Of a stretch of 64,000 bases of DNA, positions 11,435 to 22,754 are shown in pieces; position 1 is the first letter of the stretch; the number at the start of each line of letters is the position of its first letter. This stretch comes from Azolla caroliniana (taxonomy: Eukaryota; Plantae; Polypodiophyta): the NCBI GenBank assembly GCA_043228905.1, contig JBHGNT010000006.1, positions 19,158,001 to 19,222,000 of the forward strand, in the 5' to 3' direction. Made by a program: the position numbers and the translations under genes. The notes beneath the pieces were generated by a model, which did no database searches, was not told the origin of the DNA, and saw nothing but the letters and a program-made list of their open reading frames with translations.

Positions 11435-14400
11435 TGTTAAGAAAACGTGAAGAAGGCACTCGGGCTCTTCTTATGTATGCGCGGCGGATCGTAGTGTGCT
11501 GGATCGTTAGCGTGCTCTAAACAGACAGAGAAAGGAAAGGGGACTTACCTCTGTAGTAGCAAAATGGTTTTCTTCTATTACATGTAGAGCTCAACTTGCT
11601 CTCGTCAGTCTTCTGGTCTCTCACTCTCTCTCAGAGTTCTCTACTCTCTATTCTCTGTTTTTTCTTACTACTTCTTTCCTATTCACTCACTCTTACTTTT
11701 ACCTAAGTCATAAGTTATTACACATGCAGCTAATTAGCTGCCAGTAGCTAATTAGCTGTCAGTCGCTAAATAGCTGTTCACTAGCTAATTAGTTGTCACT
11801 AGCTAAATAGCTGTTTTACCTTTTTGTTCACTAGTAGCTAAATAGCTACTATAGCTTATTTCTCATAAGCATCGCATACCATGTTGAGCTTGCTTCTCAA
11901 CACTCCCCCTCAAGCTCAACTTATCCTTTCTTGGGGTTCTCTTCAATCTTCTTTTCCATTTTGCTTTTTAGCCATCTCATCAATGTTTACAACTCCCATC
12001 ATGTTCCGAAACTGTGTATGTTTTTCCACACTCAATCCCTTTGTGAGAATATCAGCAACCTGCTGATTTGTATTCACATACACCAGATCAACTTCTCCTT
12101 CAATCACTTTTTCTCTAACAAAGTGATAATGCACCTCAATGTGCTTTGTTCTTGCATGGAACACTGGGTTCTTTGCAAGCTGAATGCTGCTCATATTGTC
12201 ACACCAGATTGTGACAGTACCGTCTATATACTCTCCCAAATCAGCAAGCAATCTTCTAATCCATACCTCTTCACAAGTGGCTATGGCAGCTCCTCTGTAC
12301 TCAGCTTCAGTACTAGACAATGCAACAGTAGCCTGTTTCTTGCTACTCCATGAAATACCTGCACTTCCCAAGGTAAACATGTATCCACTTGTGGATCTCC
12401 TGTCTGTTTGGCTTCCAGCCCAATCAGCATCTGTATATCCTTCCAGATTTATGTCTAGATCAGCCCTGTAAAATAGTCCAAAGTTCTGAGTTGCTTTTAC
12501 ATACCTCAGAATCCTTCTGATGCAGTCCAAATGTGGCTTTGTTGGCTGTTGCATAAACTAGCTGACTAATCCAACTGCATAACTCAAATCAGGTCTTGTT
12601 ATGGTCAAATAAATAAGGCTGCCCACCATAGACCTATACATGTTTACATCTTCTATTTTGGCTCCCAAATCAGCCCTCAATTTGCAGTTTTTATCAAGTG
12701 GTACAGCAATAGGTTTGCATCCAAGCATACCATACTTTTTCAACATAGTTGTTGCATACTGTTTTTGCAACATACATATACCACTTTCAGATCTGATGAT
12801 TTCAATACCAAGAAAATATCTCAGATCTCCCAAATCTTTCACATGAAACTGCATTTCCAGATTTTTTTTCAACTTTCTTATTTCATCCACGGAATCTCCT
12901 CCAATAATCAAATCATCTACATAGATCAGAATAATAACAATGCAATCATTTTCACTTTTTACATACAAAGAAGGATCAGCTTTTGACATTTTGAAACCAA
13001 GATTTTTCAGAGAATCTGAAAGTTCTCTGTGCCATGCTCTTGGTGCCTGTTTCAGTCCATAGAGAGCTTTTTTCAGCTTACATACATAATCAGGATGTTT
13101 CTTATCTTCAAAACCTGGTGGTTGACTCATATACACTTCTTCTTCCAAGTTACCATGTAAAAAAGCATTTTTTACATCCATGTGATGCAAAATCCATTTT
13201 CTGGCTGCTCCTACAGCAAGTAGTGTTCTCAAGGTTGCCATCTTTGCAACCGGTGCAAAAGTCTCATCATAATCAATCCCTTGCATCTGAGCATATCCTT
13301 TTGCAACCAATCTTGCTTTATGTCTACTTACATTCCCATTGGAGTCATGCTTTGTCTTGTAGACCCATTTGCAGCCTACCACATTTTTCTCTTTTGGTAA
13401 CTTCACTAAATCCCACGTTTTGTTCTCAGCCAATGCATCAATCTCTTCTTGCATTGCATCCATCCATTTCTTCTCAGATTTTGCTTCTTCAAAGCTGTTT
13501 GGGTCAGGGATCTGTACCACCTTAGACATATATGCATAGTGCATAGCCATATATGTATCATACCCAAATCTTTCCACAGTCTTTTTCTCTCTATCTGATC
13601 TTCTCAGTTTCTGATTTGCATTCTTTATTGCCTTTTCCATACCAGGGATTTTCATTTCCTGTATTCCAAGGAACTCATCCAAAGACATATCTGAATCTTC
13701 ATCTTCCATGTTTTTTGATAGGTCATCCGGGATTTCATACTCTGGCATTTTCTGTTTTCCTTTTTTGTCATCAGATTTTTTCTGTCCAGTTTTTCCACTC
13801 CATGAATTTGAATCAGATTTACCATCTGAGCTTTTTGATGGTCCAGAACATTCTGTTGATGTTGGACTTTGCTGTCCAACCTTGTCTCCATCTCTGTGAC
13901 AGTCTTCTACATTTTCTGATCTGTCTTTGTCTTCAATCTCATTGTCTTCATCAGTCTCTGGATTCTGTTTTGGACTATACCAGCTGGCTAACTCATCAAA
14001 GATTACATCCCTACTTGTCACAATCTTCTTTGTTACAGGGTTATAGCATCTATACCCTTTTTGTTCTTCTGAATAGCCAACAAAAATACATTTTTCTGCC
14101 TTTGGATCCAGCTTACTTCTTACTTCTGCAGGCACATGTACATATGCAAGGCATCCAAACACTTTCAAGTGTTGTAAGCTAGGCTTCCTGCCATAAAAAC
14201 ACTCTTCAGGAGTTGCCTCATGTACTCCTGATGTAATACATCTATTTAAAATGTAATTTGTTGTATTTACAGCTTCTGCCCAATAGTATAATGGCATGTT
14301 CTTCTCAGTCATCATTGCCCTTGCTATGTTCACCAAAGTTCTGTTTTTCCTCTCAGCAACTCCATTTTGCTGTGGAGTATATTAGCATGTGAACTGTCTT

Positions 14401-16880
14401 CTTATTCCCTGATTACACAAAAAATCAGAAAATTCATTGGAGAAATACTCTCCTCCTCCATCAGATCTCAAACATTTTATCCTTGTACCAGCCTGCTTTT
14501 CTACCATGCATTTAAACTTACGAAAACAGTCAAATACTTCACTTTTCTCCTTCATGAAGTACACCCATGTCTTCCGTGAACAATCATCAATAAATGTAAC
14601 ATAAAATCTGCATCCACCAATAGATGCATTCTTTGTTGGTCCCCATACATCTGTATGTACCAAATCCAACAGATTTTTGCTTACATGTCTCTCATGAGGG
14701 AATGGCAACCTGTTTTGCTTACCATATTGACATGCTTCACATACTTTTCCCATTTCACACTTTTTCAAGTTTGGCAGTCCAGCCACTGCATCTTTTCTCA
14801 ACATATTCTTTAATGTTTGCATACTTATATGGCCAATCCTTTTATGCCACATTTCCACATCTGAGATTACACTCGTTCCATTTGCAAACATGGCTGAAAT
14901 CTGTTTGGGCATTTCTACATCCAAGATAAACATTCTTCCTTGTCTCTTCCCTTTTGCAATGAGCTTCCCATTCTTTTCTATATAGCATCCACTTTGCTTA
15001 AACTTCACTTGCATACCTTGCTCTACAATCTGTCCAACAGAAATCAGATTCTTAGCAAGGTTTGGAACATGCATCACATTCAACATATACTTGGTTTTTC
15101 CTCTTTCTTCCCACAATGGGATATCTCCAACATGTTTTATTTGGTGAGTTATGTCATCACCTGTTTGTACATAACCAGGAACCTCTGGTTCTCTTAAACT
15201 CTCAAACCAATTTGCATGTCCAGTCATATGGTTAGATGCCCCCGAGTCTACATACCTCGTAAACTCTTCATTACATTTCTGTGAGCTTTCAGCCACTGCT
15301 GCTATCTCATGTTGCACTACAAAAACACCTTCCTTTTCACAATCTTCACTAGTAGAGGCATAGTTACTCTGTTGTCCTTTTCCTCTTTTCTCATCATTTT
15401 GTTTCTTATAACATTCAGCCTGTGTATGGCCTGGTTTACCACAATACCAGCAGCCATCATCATTTACATAAGTTTGCTTACCTCTACCTCGGTTGCTCCC
15501 CCTGCCTCTGTTGTTGTTTCCTCCTCTATGAGCTTGTTGTCCTCTTCCTTGAAAGCCATTATTATTGGTTCTTCCTGAGCCAAATCTTCCATGGCCTCTT
15601 CCTCGGCCTCTTCCGGCATTATTATAGAGGGCTTGCCCCTCGTTCTCTGAGTTTCCTTTATTTGCATCATCCATCTGATTCCTTTCCTCTACCACATGCA
15701 TTGAGACCAGATCTGAAAAACTTGGGATATTATCCCTTGTGAGCATAGAAGTTTTAAAACTCTTGTATTGAGGTCCTAAGCCTCTTAAGCATATTTCCAC
15801 TTTGTCATCATCTTCTATCTTCACATTGATAGAAGCAAGTGATTCACATATACTCTTGATTTTTAGGGCATATTCATTTATTGACATCTTACCTTTCTCC
15901 AAGGTATTTAGCTCAGTCTTTAACTGGAGCTTTCTAGCCTTTGTGTTCACAGCAAACAGTTTTACCAAGTTGTCCCAAGCTTCTTTTGGGAGCATAGCAT
16001 CTTGTATATGCCCAAGCATTGAATCTGAGATGCTGAGTGATAGCCAATGCATTACTTTCCTTGCCCCTTGATTCCAATCTTTAAATGCCTTAATATGTGC
16101 AGCTGTTGCATTCTCTTCTGGGATCTCTGGAGCCTCTTCTAGGTCTCCTTCAATGTAATCCCAGTATCCTTTCCCCATCAGAAAGTTTGTCATTCTGAAT
16201 TTCCACGCCGGGAAATTGTTTTTATCTAATTTCTCTGTGACCATTTGGCCTACATTCTCTGCAGCCATTTTTTTCCTCCCAAAAAACCAGGGTTTTGCTT
16301 TAGTTACTTCAACAAGTAACTTTCTGATTTCTGATCAGCAACCAGAGAAATAACTTTCTCAGATTAAGGCACTGCTATACTCTTCCTTACGAGCTACTCT
16401 GCTCTGATACCATGTTAAGAAAACGTGAAGAAGGCACTCGGGCTCTTCTTATGTATGCGCGGCGGATCGTAGTGTGTTGGATCGTTAGCGTGCTCTAAAC
16501 AGACAGAGAAAGGAAAGGGGACTTACCTCTGTAGTAGCAAAATGGTTTTCTTCTATTACATGTAGAGCTCAACTTGCTCTCGTCAGTCTTCTGGTCTCTC
16601 ACTCTCTCTCAGAGTTCTCTACTCTCTATTCTCTGTTTTTTCTTACTACTTCTTTCCTATTCACTCACTCTTACTTTTACCTAAGTCATAAGTTATTACA
16701 CATGCAGCTAATTAGCTGCCAGTAGCTAATTAGCTGTCAGTCGCTAAATAGCTGTTCACTAGCTAATTAGCTGTCACTAGCTAAATAGCTGTTTTACCTT
16801 TTTGTTCACTAGTAGCTAAATAGCTACTATAGCTTATTTCTCATAAGCATCGCATACCATGTTGAGCTTGCTTCTCAACA
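11435..16880 (-). mobile_element. Full-length, very young Ty1/copia element (AT-rich relative of element 1)
   Basis: 468-bp LTRs at 16413-16880 (5') and 11435-11902 (3'), differing at 2 positions by my reading. TSD CTATG at 11430-11434 and 16881-16885. PBS at 16401-16412. PPT at 11903-11911. Confidence 0.97.
11943..16268 (-). pseudogene. Copia Gag-Pol with two in-frame stops (14382-14384 TAA, 12558-12560 TAG)
   Basis: Three ORFs in one frame. Motifs [30 protein letters not shown] and ADILTK. The stops replace R in CRYTP and Q in VSQFMQ. Confidence 0.93.
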
Positions 16881-19800
16881 CTATGGTCATGCAAATAGCC
16901 GACCTACAATAGGCTCCACATATTCGGATGCGAAGCCTACGCATTCATCCCTAGGGAGAAAAGAACCAAGTTGGCACCCCATGCAACGAAATGCATATTT
17001 CTCGGTTATGGAACCGATGGGGAATTCGGCTACAGGCTATGGGACCCAGAGAACCGGAAATTGATTCGGAGTAGTGATGTGGTCTTCAATGAAGACTCTA
17101 TTCTCTCTGCGAGGAACCAGCAGAAAATAGTTGGTAAAAAGGTCTCTTTCGAAGTTGATAGAGACGTCGTAGAAAGACCGACCCAACGGGTTGAATCAGA
17201 GATTCAACAAACAGTTGAACTCAACCAAGCCGACAACACACCTGTCGACTCCAAATCGGTAGGAGGTCCACTAGTCTAACTCGAAGACAAAGCCAAATCG
17301 ACAAGAGTCGCAAAAGGCAAAGTCAACAAGGTGCGAGCCGAAGACGACAAAGTCAACCCAACTAAGACACCCAAGGTCAAAGGGAAAAACATATCTGAGT
17401 CAGCTAAGTTCCCCCCTCCTGAAGAAGGGGAGGATGATGTGACCTCACTGAAATACTATCATAGGGGCGAGTCACCCAACATGACTACTTATATAAACGG
17501 TTCAGGAAGTACCTATCGACCAACATAGTCGATCGAAGGATCCAAACCAATCAATACAGCACCCAAGAGATCTGGACGAGTTCGAAGGCCAACAAAGTTC
17601 TAACAATCGACCTCGACTATGTCAACTACACCGGTGCAGGCGAACCAAGCACATACGAAGAAGCTAAAGCAGCATCGGACGTTGATACATGGCTACAAGC
17701 CATGAGATGTGAGATGGACTCAATCCATCATAACAATACATGGGAGTTGGTCGAACTACCAGCTAGCAGAAAGTCATTGCCCTACAAATGGGTTTTCAAA
17801 CACAAATATGTATCTGACTCAGAGAAGCCCAAGTACAAAGCTCAGCTCATCGCAAAGGGCTTCAAGCAAGAACATGGAGTTGACCACGACTAGATATTTT
17901 CTCCAGTAGTCAAGATGACCACCTTTCGACTCCTACTAGGGGTCATGATAACAGAAGACCTAGAGTTGGAGCAACTAGACGTCAAGACGGCATTCCTACA
18001 CGGAGATCTGGAAGAAGACATCGTCTCAACCGGAAGACTTCACGGCGATAGGGGAGGAAAGTCACCTCATATGCCGATTGAAGAAAAACCTTTATGGCTA
18101 GAAGTTTGACTCCTACACTACGCAACTTGGATACCGTCGATCTGACTCCAACCCATGTCTATATACTTAGCAATTGTCCAACGAGTCCTGGATCTATCTA
18201 ATCCTATACATCGATGACATGCTGATTGCAGGGAGAAATGAAGCAGAAATCAAAAAGCTAAAGTGGAACCTTCACGAGAAGTTCGCGATGAAGGAACCAC
18301 GACAAGCCCAACACATATTGGGCATGAGAATAGAGTGAAATCGGATGACAAAGACTCTCCAACTCTCCCAGTCCGATTATATTCGAAAGGTGTTGAAACG
18401 CTTCAACATGGAGAACGTGAAGCTTGCACCAACACCGCTTCCGAAGTCGATCCGACTATCAGATAGAGACTCTCCTTCGACGAAAGAGGGGAAAGAGCTT
18501 AATGGAAAGATACCCTACGCATCGGCCGTAGGAAGTATCGTGTACGCGATGGTGGCGACCCGACCTGATCTTGCTTATGTTGTAGGGGTCATCAGTTGAT
18601 ATATGTCAAACCCAGAACGGAAGCATTGGGAGGTCATCAAGCACATCTTCAAGTACCTGAGAGGGACCGAAGATGTACAACTGACTGTCGGATTGACAAA
18701 CCCGACCGAAGTCGAAGGCTACACCAATTCCTATTACGTCGGGAATTCGGACAATCGGAAGTCCACATCAAGTTATGTTTTCACCTATGGCGGCGGCGCC
18801 ATATCATGGAGGTCGAAGCTGCAAGAGTGCATGACTCTGTCTGCCACAGAGGTTGAGTATATAGCAGAGCAACATCAGATGCAGTGAAAGAAGCAATCTG
18901 GTTGCACCGGTTGTCAACTGACTTCTTTGTGACAAGTTGAATTGACCATCAAGCGTCAACCATCTGTTGCGACTCACATAGCACAATACACCTCATCAAT
19001 AATCATGTCTATCATGCGAAGACAAAGCATATTGAGGTGCGGTATCATCATATTCAAGAGCTTGTAACAGAGAAGAAGCTTGATGTTTGGAAGATTGACA
19101 TTGAGGTGAACATCACCGATTTCCTGAGGAAGCCACTCCCAAATCAACGTTTCGGAGCACTGAGGACAAAGATGGGACTATGACAAGCGATCGAGCAGAA
19201 GAAAGCCGAACACGGAGTAGAAGGTAAGTTGAAGATCCAACCAACTCGGACAAGCCAAATCAAGCTAGATACCGACCTTATCTCTGTCGACTTGGCTATA
19301 TGTCGAACAACTTGTAACCATAACTTTAGATTAAAGTTGTAATCTAGGGTTACGGAGGAGATAACCTCATACAATTGTAATTAGAAAAATTAGTCCTTTT
19401 ACGGGGGAGTTTGTTGGCATAAAAGGCCAACACCTTCCAATTTGTATCCTAGTGTAAACACGTCCAAATAGTTAGGGCTTTGTATATAAGGAATAACTTA
19501 ACGTTGTAACAGATGACTTATTGATCATTCTTATATTGTGAGTCTCTAAGAGAGAGAGAGAACAGACATAACAAAGCTTCCATTAAAGCTTAAGAGCGTG
19601 TTCATCTTCTTGTCTTCAATCTTTCTATGTTGTTTGCTTAGTACTTCTAGACAAGTCCTCATACATACTTCTGCACATATTCGAACACCATATCTCACAA
19701 AAAGTGCTCTTTGAGCACATTCGATGTACAAAGTATTGAGTTTATTTTTGAAATAGAGTTTATGTTCGGCTCTCTTTGTCTCTCCCGTGTACTCTATATT

Positions 19801-19887
19801 TTCAAGCTTCCATTAAACCTTCATCTTTGTCTTTCTATTGCTATCCGGCTAAGCCGGTTGTGTCAACACTTCCACACACAACTTTTA

Positions 19888-19918
<31 letters not shown>

Positions 19919-21579
19919 ACTCACTATACAATGTTAGGTTTGGGCTTATATACTCAAGCCCTAACTCGAGAACATATTCACACTTAAGGTTACAATGTGG
20001 ATGGAGTTGGCCTTTTATGCCAATGGGTAATAGATCTTAGCAGGCATAGTTCATCGTTGGTTTGTCTCTTTGAAAGTAGCTTCAAACTCAGTGTGAAAGG
20101 CTGGGAATTCATCCAAAAGCAGTGATGTTGTTTCCATCAAGGGAGTGAATCACAACTCCATTGGTCCCGTCAATAGTGAACCCAAGAGACCGACCTGGTA
20201 GGAACCTGTGGCGCTTCCAAAAGCAATGATGTTGTTTCCATCAAGGGAGTGAACCACGCCTCCATTGGTCCCATCAACAGTGAACCCAAGAGACCGACCT
20301 GGTAGGAACCTGTGGTGTAACGAGGCGGATGATGAGGCAAATTTGATTAAGGAAACTGCGTAGTCGTGACCGCGTTCCATCAAACTTATCGAGAAGGTTG
20401 ACCTTGGGTTCATAGTAGGGTGGTAGTGGGTTGAGTTTGATGGTTGGGGTAACTGAGGATGTGGCAAACTGAAGATCAAGTAAAGATTTACAAAGGGTAG
20501 CATTCTCAGCTAGGAGTTGTTTTAAAGTTGTGAGTATTTGAGGTAGGCTATCGGTAGGATGTGACATGGCTTCCGATGTGAGGTTAACGGAGAGGGTGTC
20601 ACATACATGACAACAATTATGTCAAGATTCGAACTCTTGACCTCTTGTATTAGATAATCAAGTGTTATATTGTAACCAACACATCCCGGTATATGATCGT
20701 GTTATGTATATCTTCGTAGATTATCTATTCACGTTCTAGGAGTTTTTAGAAAGTTCTAGAACTTGAAGGTTCTAGAGGGTTCTAGAATATTCTCCAAAAT
20801 ATTCTCTAGAATATTCAAATGCATGTACTTCAACTCACAATATAAATACTTGTAACCTCCTTGGTCCCTTTCAAGGGATTCAACACCAGTCATTGACGCA
20901 TGAATATAGTGTTCTCGTTTCACCTCATCTTGTTTCATTGATCTTCATTTCTATCTTCATACACTTGTGTCTTTCCTAGCTTCTTGGTGTGTTCGTGACA
21001 ATTTGAATCCCTTCCAACTGGAAGCATCAACCGTCTTCATCATCAACCTTGCTTCTAGAGTTACCATCATCATCGTCCTTGCTTCAAGAGTTACCGTCAT
21101 CAACATCCTTGTCTTTGACATCATCATTTTTAGCACCTCTTCGCCCAACCTTCATTGTCATCAACATTACTTTACATGGTCTTTCATTATCATCATTGCT
21201 CCGCTCTCTTCATTGTCATTGTTATCATTTATAGGTATCCTTTTGCATCACAATTTTGGTGAGGATTGCGTTCAATCGCTCACCTTCCCAGTTCATGTGG
21301 GGGTTACAACTGCTCACTCTCCTGGTGGGGATCGAATCATTGCTCGCTTGCACTCCATTTTCATTTTAGTTCAAGTTTTGCACTACTTCTCATTCGCGAG
21401 GACCGATTTCGATCGCACACTTTCTAGTTTCAGTGGGGGTCACAACCGCTCACTCTCTTGGTGGGGATCGCGTTGGTTTCTCGCTAGCGCTGCCGTTTGT
21501 GCCGTTTTTGGGGTCAACCTCGACTATTTACCCTCTCATAATAGAAGAAGGCGAGTCGACCGATTCACTTGCACTCCTT

Positions 21580-22060
21580 CACTCATTCGTGTTCTAGTTC
21601 CCGGTAAGGACCGCATGGTCGCTCACTCCCGTTCGTGTTCCAGTTTTTGGTTAGGACCACATGGACGCTCACTCCCTTTTGTGTTCTAGTTCTCGGTGAG
21701 GACCACATGGTCGCTCACGCCCGTTCGTGTTTCCGATGAGGACCGCACATGGTCGCTCATGTTCTGATTCCCAATGACGGCCACACATGGTTGCTCACGC
21801 TTGCTCGTGTTCAAGTTCTCGGTGAGGACCGCATGGTCGCTCACTCTCATTCGTGTTCCAACTCCTTGTGAGGACCGCATGGTCACTCACTCTCGTTCGT
21901 GTTCCAGTTTTCGGTGAGGACTCACTCCCGTTCATGTTCCAGTTCCCAGTGAGAACCGCATGGTCACTCACGCCCATTCATGTTCCCGATGAGGACTGCA
22001 CATAGTCGCTCATGTCCGTTGGTGTTCGTGTTTCTAGTGAGGACAACACATGGTTTCTCA
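21580..22060 (+). repeat. Tandem array of about 10 degenerate 30-47 bp hairpin-forming units
   Basis: Recurrent core GTGAGGACCGCATGGTCGCTCAC followed by CCGTTCGTGTTC. Confidence 0.85.
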
Positions 22061-22488
22061 TGCCCACCACTTTTTGTTCACCCCTACACTGTGCTTTCGA
22101 AAAGGCGGTTATAAAGGGGAGGATAATGTCACAGGCATGTCCACAACTATGTCGAGATTTGAACTCTTGACCTCTTGTATTAAATAATCAAGTGTTATAT
22201 TGTAACCAACACATCCAAGTACATGATCGTGTTATGTATATCTTCGTAGATTATCTATTCATGTTCTTGCTATGACTGTAGGATCGTGACAAGGAGTGCA
22301 AGCGAACTAGCACAACTATTGAGATGATATGGGAAGAGTAAGAAAAGAAATAAAGCAATGATGCAAGTGAAACTAAGGTGAGTAGGATTAGAGGTGAACA
22401 AGAGTAAAAGAGAATGAGAGAATGAGATGAAAGACAAAGAGAAGAGTGAGTGAGAAAAAAGAAAAACTTAAGAAATTTTCATTAGAAA

Positions 22489-22540
22489 GACCTTGTGCAA
22501 ACTAGTTTCGCTCTAGGTAGAGCTCATTAGTGCCAAGGTC
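22489..22540 (-). ncRNA. Minimal type I hammerhead ribozyme motif (this copy has a G5>A core change)
   Basis: Minus strand reads GACCTTG-GCA CTAATGA GCTCT-ACCT-AGAGC GAAA CTAG TT TGC-A-CAAGGTC. Stem I is 10 bp with a bulge, stem II is 5 bp, and stem III is the minimal palindrome ACTAGT. Confidence 0.82.
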
Positions 22541-22754
22541 ATTTACAACAAGAGGGTAGGTTTATATAGGGGGAAGAGAGAGAGAGAGAGAGAGAGAGAG
22601 AATAGGAGTTTAATGATGGGAGAGAGGGAAACGGGGAATTGTGATAGGTAATGGATTGGTTAGTGAAAGTGGGTTAGAGGGGGGTTATATGTATGTATAT
22701 GATAAGTGATAGGTGGGGGTGGGTGTGGGGGTGGGATATAAAAGGCATATAGTA

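Larger units (their letters stand above)
9458..19190 (+). pseudogene. Fragmented Gag-Pol of the Tork-like copia (9458-11434 and 16886-~19190)
   Basis: Fragments IRKFDGKSFALWK, WLLDSGATFHV, YFITFVDDCTRKVW, KCIFLGYG...GYRLWD, QLDVKTAFLHGDL and SAVGSIVYAMVATRPDL, broken by many stops and frameshifts. Confidence 0.88.
9055..19699 (+). mobile_element. Degenerate Ty1/copia element (Tnt1/Tork-like), interrupted by a younger copia
   Basis: LTRs 9055-9360 and 19412-19699, clearly diverged from each other. TSD AAAAG at 9050-9054 and 19700-19704. PBS TGGTATCAAAGC at 9363-9374. PPT at 19403-19409. Confidence 0.92.
8644..19880 (+). mobile_element. 3' end of a copia related to element 1 (3' internal remnant 8644-8781; 3' LTR 8782-9054 plus 19705-~19880, split by a nested copia)
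   Basis: GTTGAGCTTGAGGGGGAG-TGTTGAG junction as in element 1. Similar to 5410-5555 and to the LTR of element 1. The LTR resumes after the AAAAG TSD. Right end is approximate. Confidence 0.7.

Noticed and set aside
20967-21689. 240-aa hydrophobic ORF in the non-autonomous element (env-like?)
   Set aside because: It starts inside the LTR at a non-ATG codon and is built from short CAT/CTT-rich repeats. No recognisable domain.
21580-22060. CRISPR-like or hammerhead (retrozyme) reading of the hairpin array
   Set aside because: The linkers resemble each other rather than being unique spacers, there are no cas genes, and the context is eukaryotic. CCGATGAG...GGTC units lack the GAAA/NUH core of a hammerhead.
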